Origin: Wolbachia endosymbiont of Litomosoides sigmodontis
GTDB lineage: Bacteria > Pseudomonadota > Alphaproteobacteria > Rickettsiales > Anaplasmataceae
DNA: 32,000 bases
NCBI RefSeq assembly: GCF_013365435.1
Contig: NZ_CP046577.1
Coordinates: forward strand, 90,001 to 122,000
Direction: 5' to 3'
The notes beneath the pieces are model-generated. The model was given only the letters and a program-made list of their open reading frames with translations. It did no database searches and was not told the origin of the DNA. A program made the position numbers and the translations under genes. This document shows, in pieces, positions 1 to 9,402 of the stretch (positions within the stretch are counted from its first letter, which is position 1; each line of letters starts with the position of its first letter).

Positions 1-144
1 AATGAGGAGAAGGATATAGTAGAAGATTTGGTAACGGCAGCATTCAATGATGCTGTTAAGAAGGCAGAGGAGGATATGACAAATACAACCTCCGATCTTG
101 CAGGTATGATGAGTTTACCACCTGGGTTTAAACTTCCCTTTTAA
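1..144 (+). CDS. ybaB: YbaB/EbfC-family nucleoid-associated protein, C-terminal 47 codons only (5' part outside window)
   Basis: Frame 1 reads [47 protein letters not shown]-stop. The AxNDAxKKAEE ... LPxGxKLPF tail is the conserved YbaB C-terminus. Confidence 0.75.
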   Translation, partial: NEEKDIVEDLVTAAFNDAVKKAEEDMTNTTSDLAGMMSLPPGFKLPF

Positions 145-635
145 AATTTTTCTACATAAAATTTCTGGTGTTTCTAGTACTTCTTTAGTAACGTACCTAC
201 AACGTTGTATAAAGATGAAGGAAACTGTAGAGTAGTAGAAGTGATATGTGAGGAGTAAAGAAGGGCTAGAGCTAGGTGACACAACTGTATAAACATAGCA
301 ATTTATAGGTAATTTACGCAATAAATGGTATTATTTAATGTCTCCTTCTTGTATTATCTTAGTAGTCCCTTTATTATTGTTCCAATACCACGCACTGGAA
401 TCTAGTAAACTTGTTTAATATTTTCGTCATCTTATGGTTTTTTAGTATAGAAAGCCAGCATCAAGCGCTGGAATATCGGGTAACTGCCACCGTCGTAGCA
501 AAATTCTTGTAATATCCCTAAGGCGCTGGTAAACAGAGGGATGAAGGTAGCTACAAATATTCAAGGAGTTTATTAAACAGTAGCTAACAGAAGGAATCTG
601 TTAACCCATGAAGGAGTTCCTTAATTTAAGTTTTT

Positions 636-1686
636 ATACCAATAACCACTATAAAAAGAACGAATAGACAATAATGAGAAAGGAGATAGACTAAAATAAG
701 TAAAATAGCAAGGTTTAAGTAGCATTAAATCAAAATTATTGGGTAAAAAGTCGTGAAATCAATAAAAGAAATGCTAAGGAAAGTGCGGAATAACGTATAT
801 ATTGCAAAAAAAACTAAATGCTATAATTGTAGCAAAAATATGCTGTTCTTTAAGAACAGCGCTAACTGCACGGGTGAAGCCCTAAAATTTAGAAGAGAAG
901 AAAAATTATTTGCCCTCAACATTGTAGAAAAATTCTCTTGAATCAGACTTAACAAATTGAAGTATAGATACAAAGTAATCCTAATATTACCATATAAAGA
1001 AATGAAGATTAAGAATCCAGGAAAAATTTGGCTTGAATTTTAGCAAATCTCAGTGCAGCATAAAATTATATAAAAATGAGATTTTTGTGTATTGTGCTAA
1101 GACCAATTTACAATGAACAAAATAAAGGTGACAGGAAAAGTTTTAAAAAACTTAATGAAACTATTGTAAGTATCATAAACAAGAGAGTTATTCATCTTTA
1201 ATGAATCGCGGTTTGGCACACATTTGAAAGTTGATACTGGTGATTTAAAAAGAGTGTTGTACACAGGTTAAAGTAAAATGAAGTAGACAAAAATTTTTAT
1301 TTCTACAGTGCAATTAGTTCTAGAAATGAAAAGAATTTTAGGTTGTTTGCACTAAATGTCAACATTGGTTGTATAAATATGTGTTCTGAACAAATGTTGC
1401 AATAAGGACGGGAGGGACCTTTCTTGTCATGAATTTTGTTAATTAGCATAAGTCAAAGAATTTAAAGGTACCTAAAAATATCAAGGTTATATACCTACTA
1501 AAGCTTAATCCTATTGAAAGGCTTTAGTTGTATACAGAACAGAGCATTTTATATGGTAAAGTCTATAATACAATTGCTTTGCTTGAGGGTGCTTTGTACA
1601 GATTTATTACTTCCTCTTCCTTGCTCCGTAATAAAATAACTTTTGTAATGTCACTTATTTGACTTATTAACAACGAGAATTGGTAT
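636..1686 (+). mobile_element. Degenerate IS630/Tc1-mariner-family element, copy A (about full length, transposase frame destroyed)
   Basis: Termini ATACCAAT...ATTGGTAT. Collinear with copies B, C, F and G. Translated remnants include PRPIYNEQNKG, IFNESRF (first catalytic D box, D to N) and LNPIE (1505-1519). Many stops and frameshifts. Confidence 0.75.
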
Positions 1687-1693
1687 TAGGTAC

Positions 1694-1880
1694 TTTATTC
1701 ATGTAGTTAATACTGTTCTGAAATGCAATGTGTTTTTGCTGAGGCTATTATACTGTGCTTTTTTGCTATAATTACAGCATTTAGTTCTTTTTCATATATG
1801 CGTTATTTCTTATTTTCTTCAGCATTTTTTTACTGGTTACACGATTTTTTCATCCAATAATTTTGATTTTAATTTAGCAA
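1694..1880 (-). mobile_element. Inverted internal 5' fragment of the same IS family (about IS nt 78-268)
   Basis: Reverse complement aligns by eye with 3210-3400 of copy B (aaaattattggatgaaaaa ... aataacgcatat ... aaatgctgtaatt ... ctgcatgaataaa). Confidence 0.6.
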
Positions 1881-2083
1881 CTATATAACTGATAATTCAA
1901 TTGCATACAGTTGTTTTAGATTTATAATAGATAGATAATCATTGTTATTTAAAAATAACCTTTAAGTGCTTTCTTAAAAAGGCGAAAATAGAATAGCACA
2001 TGGTAGTATAATAAGGACTTATGGGGTGTCAATCTATGTATGAATTGCAATTAGAAACTAGTATTTAAAATTAAGGTAACATT

Positions 2084-2404
2084 ATGAACAATTTCGAACA
2101 AATAAAAAAAGACATAGCAGAAAATGATGTGGTGTTATACATGAAAGGTACATCTGATTCTCCTCAATGTGGGTTCTCTGGACTTGTTGTATCAATTCTC
2201 AAAAAATTGAATGTGAAGTTTAAGTGCATTGATGTTTTGGAAAATGATGAGACACGTCAGTCCATAAAAAAGTTTTCTGATTGGCCAACAATTCCACAAC
2301 TATACATAGGGGGAAAGTTTATTGGTGGCTGTGATATCACTCGTGAGATGTATGAAAAAGGAGAGTTGCAGAGTTTGCTAAAAGAAAAAAAGATTGTTGA
2401 ATAA
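2084..2404 (+). CDS. grxD: Monothiol glutaredoxin, Grx4 family
   Basis: 106-aa ORF with the CGFS active site (SPQCGFSG) and the WPTIPQLYIGGKFIGGCDI motif. AAGG-type RBS lies upstream. Confidence 0.9.
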   Translation: MNNFEQIKKDIAENDVVLYMKGTSDSPQCGFSGLVVSILKKLNVKFKCIDVLENDETRQSIKKFSDWPTIPQLYIGGKFIGGCDITREMYEKGELQSLLKEKKIVE

Positions 2405-2438
2405 AACTTTAAAAAACTTGACTTCGGAAAGCTAAACC

Positions 2439-2704
2439 ATGTTGCCATATTTAATAGATGAGTGGCTTAATACTATTGATTTTACAGAGTAATTTTGCTA
2501 CTTGTCATTATCCAAGCTTAATCACTTTTATGGTCATCAATTTCTATTGATGTAAATACTACATGATTATTGTCATTAAAGATTTATCCCAAGAACATCT
2601 TAATTATTAAGCCAAAAGCCGAAAAAGGATTTTATATGTAAATTTTTTCCCCGAAAGCAGCTTTATATTAGCAGTTAATTCTTGCAAATAGCTGTTCCAT
2701 TATT
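2439..2704 (+). pseudogene. argD: Class-III PLP aminotransferase (ArgD/DapC-like), N-terminal remnant, ends at IS terminus
   Basis: Degenerate translation YLIDEWLNTIDFTE*FCYLSLSKLNH ... LLSQKPKKDFICKFFPPKAALY*QLILANSCS. It parallels yL.D..G..yIDF.sGiav.sLGH.hP ... LA.KL...sF.dKvFF.NSG.E..E..lKiAR.y. Stops are present and it abuts the IS end at 2705. Confidence 0.45.
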
Positions 2705-3132
2705 ATACCAATTATCATTGGTAATAAGTCAAGTAAGTGATATTGCAGAGTTGTTTGATTGCGAATAAGAAAGAGAGGAATCTCTTTGTACAAAGAGGAG
2801 CTCTCAAGCAAAGCAATTGTATTATAGACTTTACCATATAAAATGCTCTGTTCTGTATACAACTAAAGCCTTTTAATAGGATTGAGCTTTAGTAGGTATA
2901 TAACCTTGATATTTTTAGGTACCTTTAAATTCTTTGACTTATGCTAATTAATAAAATTCATGACAAGAAAGGTTCTTCCCATCCTTATTGCAACATTTAT
3001 TCAGAACACATATTTATACAACCAATGTTGACATTTAGTGCAAACAACCTAAAATTCTTTTCATTTCTAGAACTAACTGCACTGTAGAAATAAAAATTTT
3101 ATCTAGCTCATTTTACTTTAACCTGTGTTCTA
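2705..3132 (-). mobile_element. Inverted 3' portion (about IS nt 651-1079) of the IS family, forming the left arm of foldback composite B
   Basis: Begins with outer terminus ATACCAATTATC. The reverse complement shares runs of 76 bp and 68 bp of perfect identity with copy A (1315-1390 and 1521-1588). Ends at ...aacctgtgttcta, directly abutting the left terminus of copy B. Confidence 0.8.
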
Positions 3133-4211
3133 ATACTAATTCCTACTATACAAGTAACGGATAGACAATAACGGAAAAAATCTAGACTGAAGTAAGTAAA
3201 ATAACAAGGTTTAAATTGCGTTGGAATCAAAATTATTGGATGAAAAAGTCGTGGTAAAAGAAATGCTGAAGAAAGTGCAAAATAACGCATATGTTGCAAA
3301 AAAAACTAAATGCTGTGCTGTAATTGCAGCAAAAAGCACAGTACAGTAGCTGTAGCAAAAATATGCTGTATTTTAAGAACGGCACCAACTGCATGAATAA
3401 ATCATCTAAAATTTGGAAAAGAAGTAAAATTGTTTACTCACTTAAAGTCGTAAAAAACTAGATTGAATCAGAGTTAATTTGATAAGTTGAAGTATGGATA
3501 CAAGAAAATTCTAATATCACCATTAAAGAAATGAGAACAAGAATCTAGGAAAAATTTTGCTTGAATATCAGCAGTTTACAGTATATCGTAATATGCAAAA
3601 AATGAAGTTTTCATATATTATGCCAAGACCAATTTACAATAAACAAGATAAAGGTAAGCAGGAAAAGTTTTAAAAAAAACTTAATGAGCCTATAGGTAAG
3701 TATCTGGGAAAAGTTGCTCATCTTTGATGAATAGTGATTTACATACATTTAAAAATTGAAACAGGTGATTTGAAAAGGGCGCTAGAACACAGGTTAAAGT
3801 AAAATAGGTAAATAAAAATTTTTATCTCTACAGTATAGTCAATCTTAAAAATAGAGAAGTTTCTAGCTTGTTCATACCGAATATCAACACTGATTGTATA
3901 AATATTTGTCTTGAACAAATGTTACAATGTTAAAGGATAGGAAAAACCTTTCTTGTTATGAATTGTGTTAGTTGGCATAAGTCAAAGAATTTAAAGGTAC
4001 CTAAAAATATCAAAGTTATATACCTACTAAAGCTCAATCCTATTGAGAGCTTTGGTTGTTATAAAGCAGAGTATTTTACATAATAAAATCCATAATACAA
4101 TTGCTTTGCTTAAGAGCTCTTTAGTGCAAAGAGATTCCTCTCTTTCTTATTCCGCAATTAAATAACTCTGCAATGTCACTTATTTAACTTGTTAAGAATG
4201 AGAGTTAGTGT
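3133..4211 (+). mobile_element. Degenerate IS630/Tc1-mariner-family element, copy B (full length 1079 bp, dead)
   Basis: Left end ATACTAATTCCTACTATA, right end GAGAGTTAGTGT. Remnants: PRPIYNKQDKGKQEKF (about 3620-3670), LVMNCVSWHKSK (3952-3987, second D box with D to N) and LNPIE (4033-4047) in the same frame. Multiple stops. Confidence 0.8.
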
Positions 4212-4600
4212 TAGTAAAAGGTTATAATGCAGGGGTAATTACTCCAGGAATACATGGATCAACTTATAGTAGTAATCGAATTACTATGATTGTTGATAAT
4301 ATAGTGCTTAGTATAACGCTGAAAAAAGGTTTCCTTAATCATATTGAGGAAGTTAGTAAATATCTAAAAGAAAAACTGTTGCTTTTAATTGAAGAATTTC
4401 CGGAGATAATTTCTAAAATTCGTGGTGAGTGGGGAAGGCTTATTTACAGAAATAGAACTTTAAACTTCTTTATAATGATAAAATTATCAGCAGTCTCTTG
4501 ATCAAGGTTTAATAGCAACTGAGATTTTGAATAGTAGAGTAATAAGAATAACCCTTCACTTATTGTTGAGGATAAATATATAGGCGAGCGTGTGATATAC
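4212..4600 (+). pseudogene. argD: Class-III PLP aminotransferase (ArgD/DapC-like), C-terminal remnant
   Basis: PGIHGSTYSSNRITMIVDNIVLSI...FLNHIEEVSKYLKEKL...FPEIISKIRGEWGRLIY parallels E. coli ArgD [25 protein letters not shown]...DIRGMGLLIGAEL (from memory). After a frame change, RVIRITLHLLL parallels nvIRf.PPLii. The apparent start of listed ORF 4208-4501 lies inside the IS terminus. Confidence 0.65.
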
Positions 4601-4741
4601 TCTATAATTTATTTTTTAAGGTTAAAGTTACATTAACATTTTAAATATGTAAAACTTATCCTATAAAACTTTGAGCTTGCAAATGCTTCTTATAACATAT
4701 AAAATTAGCTCTGTTTTTCGTCTCAATAACATCATACTTTA

Positions 4742-6028
4742 ATGAATTGGTTATTGGTTTTAATATTATCAGTAATTTTTATTTTGTTAATTTTATCGTT
4801 TTTGTTTTCAGGAGCAGAAATAGGTTTAACTTCAATTAGTCGTTCTCTAGTCAATAAGCTAAAACTAGACGGCAGTAAAAGAGCCAAGATGATAGACCAC
4901 TTATTAAATAAAAAAGAATTAACAATAGGAACAATATTACTTGGAAATACAATTATTAATATTACTTGCTCCGTTTTATTTACAGCAATATTTATAAATT
5001 TCTTTGGAAATGAAAGTGTTTTTCTATCAACGATTGTAATGACGTTTTGTATCTTGCTGTTCTGTGAGGTACTACCAAAAACTTATGCTATGCAAAATCC
5101 TGAAAAATTTACGTCATTCTCTGCTTATTTTGTATTGTTTTTTGTCAATGTTTTTTCTCCATTAACGTTAAGCATTCAATTTATTGTCAATTTCATTTTA
5201 AAATTATGTGGTCTTCATAAGAATAGGGAGGCGATATCTGCAGCAGATGCAATGCGTAACATGATTGCTCTTCACCGCAGTGAAGGAACAATGTTACAGC
5301 AAGATTTAGATATGTTAAGCAGCATACTTGACTTAGCTGAAACAGAAATATCAGAAATTATGACCCATAGGAGAAACCTATTTTCTCTTGATATAGATAA
5401 GAATAAAGAAGAATTAATAAGAGAAATTTTAACTAGCAGCCACAGTAGAGTACCTTTATGGCAAAAAGAGCCAGATAACATTGTCGGAGTAGTTCACGTG
5501 AAGAATTTAATAAATGCTTTGCGTGAAAAGGATAATAAAGTAGATGAGGTTGACGTTGCTCGAGTTATGTCAAAACCTTATTTCTTGCCAGAAAGTACAC
5601 CGCTCAGTGTACAACTTCATAACTTCCGCAAAAATAGGAAACACCTTGCATTTGTTATTGATGAATATGGAGTGCTGCAGGGAATTGTAACCCTTGAAGA
5701 TATACTGGAAGAAATAGTTGGGGAAATTTCTGATGAACATGATTTAGTTACGGAGAATTTTATAAAGAAGATATCTGATAATGTATATCACATAGAAGGA
5801 AAATCTACTATTAGGGATATTAACAGACAGTTACACTGGGATCTCCCTGACGAAGAAGCTACAACTTTAGCTGGTATGATTGTAAATGAGATAGAGCGCA
5901 TTCCTGAAGAAGGTGAGGAATTTTCTATGTTTAGTTTTTACTTTAGGATTTTAAAAAAAGATAGAAATATTATTACTGTTATTGAAGTACAAGTAAAAAC
6001 TGATAGTACTGTAATAGCAATTAGTTAA
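4742..6028 (+). CDS. tlyC: Hemolysin-C / CorC-HlyC family membrane protein (DUF21 + CBS pair + CorC_HlyC)
   Basis: 428-aa ORF. N-terminal multi-TM DUF21 region, CBS region (IMTHRRNLFSLD...VPLWQKEPDNIVGVVHVKNL) and C-terminal VIDEYGVLQGIVTLEDILEEIVGEI motif. Confidence 0.85.
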   Translation: MNWLLVLILSVIFILLILSFLFSGAEIGLTSISRSLVNKLKLDGSKRAKMIDHLLNKKELTIGTILLGNTIINITCSVLFTAIFINFFGNESVFLSTIVMTFCILLFCEVLPKTYAMQNPEKFTSFSAYFVLFFVNVFSPLTLSIQFIVNFILKLCGLHKNREAISAADAMRNMIALHRSEGTMLQQDLDMLSSILDLAETEISEIMTHRRNLFSLDIDKNKEELIREILTSSHSRVPLWQKEPDNIVGVVHVKNLINALREKDNKVDEVDVARVMSKPYFLPESTPLSVQLHNFRKNRKHLAFVIDEYGVLQGIVTLEDILEEIVGEISDEHDLVTENFIKKISDNVYHIEGKSTIRDINRQLHWDLPDEEATTLAGMIVNEIERIPEEGEEFSMFSFYFRILKKDRNIITVIEVQVKTDSTVIAIS

Positions 6029-6037
6029 TTGAATTTA

Positions 6038-6295
6038 ATGGAAAATATAGTAAAAGTAACGGCTAAGGAGTTAAAGAATTATACAGAAAGAATTGAAAAA
6101 CTTGAACAAGAAAAGAAGAGTGTATACGATCTCATTTGTGATGTATATGCAAAAGCGCAGGTAGAAGTCGTAATACAAAAATGATGAAACAAATTATTAG
6201 GCTGAGAAAAATGGAAGATGATGATAGAGTATAGACAAGAGATATTGCTTAATACTTATGAACGCGCATTGGGAATGAGTTGCAAAGAAAATTAG
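6038..6295 (+). pseudogene. gapR: GapR-like DUF2312 nucleoid protein gene with two compensating single-nucleotide frameshifts
   Basis: Frame a (from ATG 6038): MENIVKVTAKELKNYTERIEKLEQEKKSVYDLICDVYAKAQ. Frame b (6160-6225): GRSRNTKMMKQIIRLRKMEDDD. Back to frame a (6227-6295): EYRQEILLNTYERALGMSCKEN-stop. The concatenation aligns without gaps to Caulobacter GapR ...[68 protein letters not shown] (from memory). Frame a itself hits TGA at 6182. Confidence 0.65.
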
Positions 6296-6859
6296 GTGAA
6301 TAACAGGATTGTGATTGGAATAAGTGGAGCATCTGGTGCTATTTATGGTGTGCATATTTTAAAGGCACTAAAAAGTGCTAATTGTGAAACACATTTAGTA
6401 ATAAGCCGTGCTGGAAGAATAACTATATCTCATGAAGTTACAGAAAGACTTGAAGATATTATATCACTTGCAGATTTTTATTATTGTGAAGAAAGAATAG
6501 GAGAAAAAATAGCGAGTGGCTCATTTAAAACTTTAGGTATGGTTGTTGCTCCATGTTCTATGAAAACAATGTCTGAAATTGCATCAGGTGTTACTTCCAA
6601 TCTGTTAACAAGAGCTGCAGATGTAACACTAAAAGAAAGAAGAAAATTAGTTCTTATAGTGCGAGAATCACCACTACACCTTGGTCATTTACAGAATATG
6701 CTGAAATTAACAGAGATGGGGGCAATAATTGCTCCGCCAATGCCTGCTTTCTATACCAAGCCAAAATCGTTAGAGGATATTGTAAGTCACTCTATTGGCA
6801 AAGTGTTGAGTTTATTTAATATCAAATTACCTGACTTCAAAGAATGGCAAGGAGTATAG
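6296..6859 (+). CDS. ubiX: Flavin prenyltransferase UbiX
   Basis: 187-aa ORF with GTG start. IVIGISGASGAIYG nucleotide-binding N-terminus, VVAPCSMKT and PPMPAFY motifs typical of UbiX/Pad1. Confidence 0.9.
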   Translation: MNNRIVIGISGASGAIYGVHILKALKSANCETHLVISRAGRITISHEVTERLEDIISLADFYYCEERIGEKIASGSFKTLGMVVAPCSMKTMSEIASGVTSNLLTRAADVTLKERRKLVLIVRESPLHLGHLQNMLKLTEMGAIIAPPMPAFYTKPKSLEDIVSHSIGKVLSLFNIKLPDFKEWQGV

Positions 6860-6862
6860 CAA

Positions 6863-7786
6863 GTGACAATTATCATCGATGGTAAAAAAATAGCTGATGG
6901 CCTGTGTGAGGAATTATCACAAAAAATCTCTATTTTAAGAAGAAAGCACAACATTTTTCCTTGCCTTAAAGTAATTCTTGTAAACAAGAATCCAGCAAGT
7001 CAGATTTATGTTCGTAATAAACAAAAAAAAGCAGAATCAATAGGCATAAATTCTGAAACTATTGTTTTACCTGATAACATTTCGGAAAATAAATTAATTG
7101 AAAAAATTAATGAATTAAATGATGATCCATCTGTAAATGGCACTTTAGTACAGCTACCTTTACCAAGTCACATTAGGGCAGGAAAAGTAATTAACACAGT
7201 GAATGTTGAAAAAGACGTAGATGGCTTTCATGATGAAAATGTTGGTAGATTAGTTAAAGGTGAAAGAAATTGTCTTGTACCTTGCACTCCTAAGGGAGTT
7301 TTGCATTTAATTAAGTTGGTTGAAACTGATCTTTCAGGTAAAAATGCAGTGGTGATTGGTAGGTCAAACATTGTGGGTAAGCCAATGCTTTACCTATTGT
7401 TGCAAGAAAACTGTACTGTTACTATTTTGCACTCGCAAAGTAAAAATTTAGCTGAATATTGCTCTAAAGCAGATGTAGTAGTTGCAGCAGTTGGAAAGCC
7501 AAATTTTGTCCAAGAAAGCTGGATAAAGGAAGGAGCAATAGTGATTGACGTTGGCATAAATAGTGTAAATATGAAGGGACGGACAAAACTTATAGGTGAT
7601 GTTAACTTTGATAGAGTAAAAGAAAAAGCCAAAGCTATTACGCCAGTACCAGGGGGCGTTGGCCCGATGACCATTGCATTCTTGATGATAAATACTGTTA
7701 TTGCTACTTGCTTGCAGAAGAAAGTTGAAATTTCTGATTTTATGAGCTTAATACCAGTTTCTACTGTACAAGGAACGAATAGGTAA
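6863..7786 (+). CDS. folD: Bifunctional methylenetetrahydrofolate dehydrogenase/cyclohydrolase FolD (last 11 codons supplied by an IS terminus)
   Basis: 307-aa ORF with GTG start. Motifs: [52 protein letters not shown]. Nucleotides 7751-7786 are the IS left-end sequence. Confidence 0.9.
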   Translation: MTIIIDGKKIADGLCEELSQKISILRRKHNIFPCLKVILVNKNPASQIYVRNKQKKAESIGINSETIVLPDNISENKLIEKINELNDDPSVNGTLVQLPLPSHIRAGKVINTVNVEKDVDGFHDENVGRLVKGERNCLVPCTPKGVLHLIKLVETDLSGKNAVVIGRSNIVGKPMLYLLLQENCTVTILHSQSKNLAEYCSKADVVVAAVGKPNFVQESWIKEGAIVIDVGINSVNMKGRTKLIGDVNFDRVKEKAKAITPVPGGVGPMTIAFLMINTVIATCLQKKVEISDFMSLIPVSTVQGTNR

Positions 7787-7813
7787 TAATGAAAAAGAAG
7801 CCATGCTAAAGTA
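7751..7813 (+). mobile_element. 63-bp left-terminal fragment of the IS family, overlapping the folD 3' end
   Basis: ataccagtttctactgtacaaggaacgaataggtaataatgaaaaagaagccatgctaaagtaa matches the first ~63 nt of copies E and G. Confidence 0.65.
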
Positions 7814-8113
7814 ATGCTAATTCTCATTGTTAATGAGTTGAATAAATAACATTACAGAGTTGTTTAATTGCAGAGTGAGAAAGAGAGGTAATAAATTTGT
7901 ACAGACCACTCTCAAGCAAAGTGATTTTATTATAGACTTTATTACGCAAAATGTTCTATTCTATATAGAACTAAAATTTCCCAATAGGAATTAAGCTTGG
8001 TGAGTATTGTAGTAGATGTATAACTCGATATTTTAAAGTAATTCTAAAATTTTTAACTTATATTAATTAATATAATTCATGGCAAGAAAGGCTTCTTGTA
8101 TTCTTATATTATT
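7814..8113 (-). mobile_element. Inverted 3' portion (about IS nt 793-1079), left arm of foldback composite C
   Basis: Starts with outer terminus tgctaattctcattgttaatgag. The reverse complement is collinear with 8890-9186. Confidence 0.7.
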
Positions 8114-9186
8114 TCCAATATGCAAGAAACGGATAGGTAACAATAAAAAAGAAAACTTACTGAAGTAAGTAAAATAGTGAAGTTGAAATGGTATTGAAAT
8201 CAAAATTTTTGAATGAAAAAGCCGTGGAATCAGCAAAAGAAATGGTGAAGAAAGTGCGAAATAACGCATGTGTTGCAAAAAAACTAAATGCTGTAATTGT
8301 AACGAAAAGCATAGTATAACAGCAGTAGCAAAAACATGTTTCATTTTAGAAACAGCATTAACTGCGTGGATAAAGCATCTAAAATTTGGGAGAAAAGAAA
8401 GATTGTTTACTCTTCCTCAATGTCGTAGAAAGGCTAGATTGAATCAGAGTTAATTTGAATAAGTTGAAGTATGGATACAGAAAATTCTAATATTACTATT
8501 AAAGATAAGGATTTAGAAAAATTTGTCTTGAATATCAGCAAGTCTACAGCACACTGTAATATGCAAGAATGGAATTTTCATATATTACGCAGAATTAATT
8601 CATAATGAACAAAATAAAGGTAGTAGAAAGAATTTGAAAAAACTTAATGAGGCTATTGGTAAGTGTCTTGAACAAGAGTTATTTATCTTTGATAAGCGAA
8701 GTTTACCACGCATTCAAAAGTTGGTACAGGTGATTTAAAAAGGATGTTAGAACGCAGGTTAAAGTAAAATTAGGTAGGTAAAACTTTTATCTCTACAGGA
8801 GCTAATTCTAAAAATAGAGAGAGTTCTGGCTTATTTATACCGAATGCAAACACTGATTGTATAAATATATTTCTTGAACAAATGTTGCAATATTTAAAAA
8901 TATGAGAAGCATTTTTTGTCATGGATTATGCTAGTTGATACAAATTAAAAATTTTAGAAACACCTGACAGTATTGAGTTATATATCTACCATCATATTCA
9001 CCAGGCCTTAATCCCTATTGAGAGACTTTAGTTGTATATGAAATAGAACATTTTGCGTAATAAGATCTATAATAAAATTACTTTGCTTGAGAGTGTCTGT
9101 GCAAATTTATTACTTCTCTTTCTCACTCTGCAATTAAACAACTCTGTTGTGTCATTTATTTGACTCACTAACAAGAGAGTTGGTAT
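8114..9186 (+). mobile_element. Degenerate IS630/Tc1-mariner-family element, copy C (dead; left terminus slightly deleted)
   Basis: VMDYAS (8918-8935) and LIPIE (9008-9022) lie in the same frame, with D and E 32 codons apart. Right terminus gagagttggtat ends at 9186. Many stops. Confidence 0.8.
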
Positions 9187-9402
9187 AAGATCTATAATTG
9201 TGCAGTAATATAATTGGGCAAGATGAAAGATATTGAAATAGTAGGGCTAAAAGTATGATTAATAATAACTTTTTTTTTGCTGTATCTGAGCACAACTTTC
9301 TTCGATGATTGTAATTTTAATTTACTATACTGTGGACTCAGTTGCAATTTAGATCTATCATATAAAAATTTTAGGTAACATAAAAGAATTTGTTAAATAG
9401 CA

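Noticed and set aside
115-321. 68-aa minus-strand ORF downstream of ybaB, and 31386-31568 (60 aa).
   Set aside because: There are no motifs or plausible translation signals. The first overlaps the ybaB stop region, and the second lies within the decayed ATPase remnant in a different frame.
460-560. GC-richer stretch (ggcgctggtaaacagagggatgaaggtagc) with faint resemblance to the SRP/4.5S RNA domain IV region.
   Set aside because: It lacks the conserved GGAA tetraloop context and the GGAAGCAGCC core, and I could not draw a supporting helix. It is probably decayed sequence.
4208-4501. 97-aa ORF as an intact gene.
   Set aside because: Its start codon lies in the IS right terminus, and the protein is only the C-terminal quarter of an aminotransferase. 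It is annotated as a pseudogene fragment instead.
7390-7827. 145-aa minus-strand ORF antisense to folD. Similar antisense ORFs are 27371-27859 (162 aa, in tldD), 12152-12496 (114 aa, in the WH2 gene), 24535-24894 and 24606-24791 (in hemD), 14329-14586, 19001-19258, 19855-20079, 10854-11075, 5272-5481, 6787-6987, 2257-2448, 18598-18786, 17684-17875, 15335-15589 and 30224-30472.
   Set aside because: Each overlaps a well-supported conserved gene on the opposite strand and has low-complexity composition with no recognisable motifs. This is typical of shadow ORFs in AT-rich DNA.
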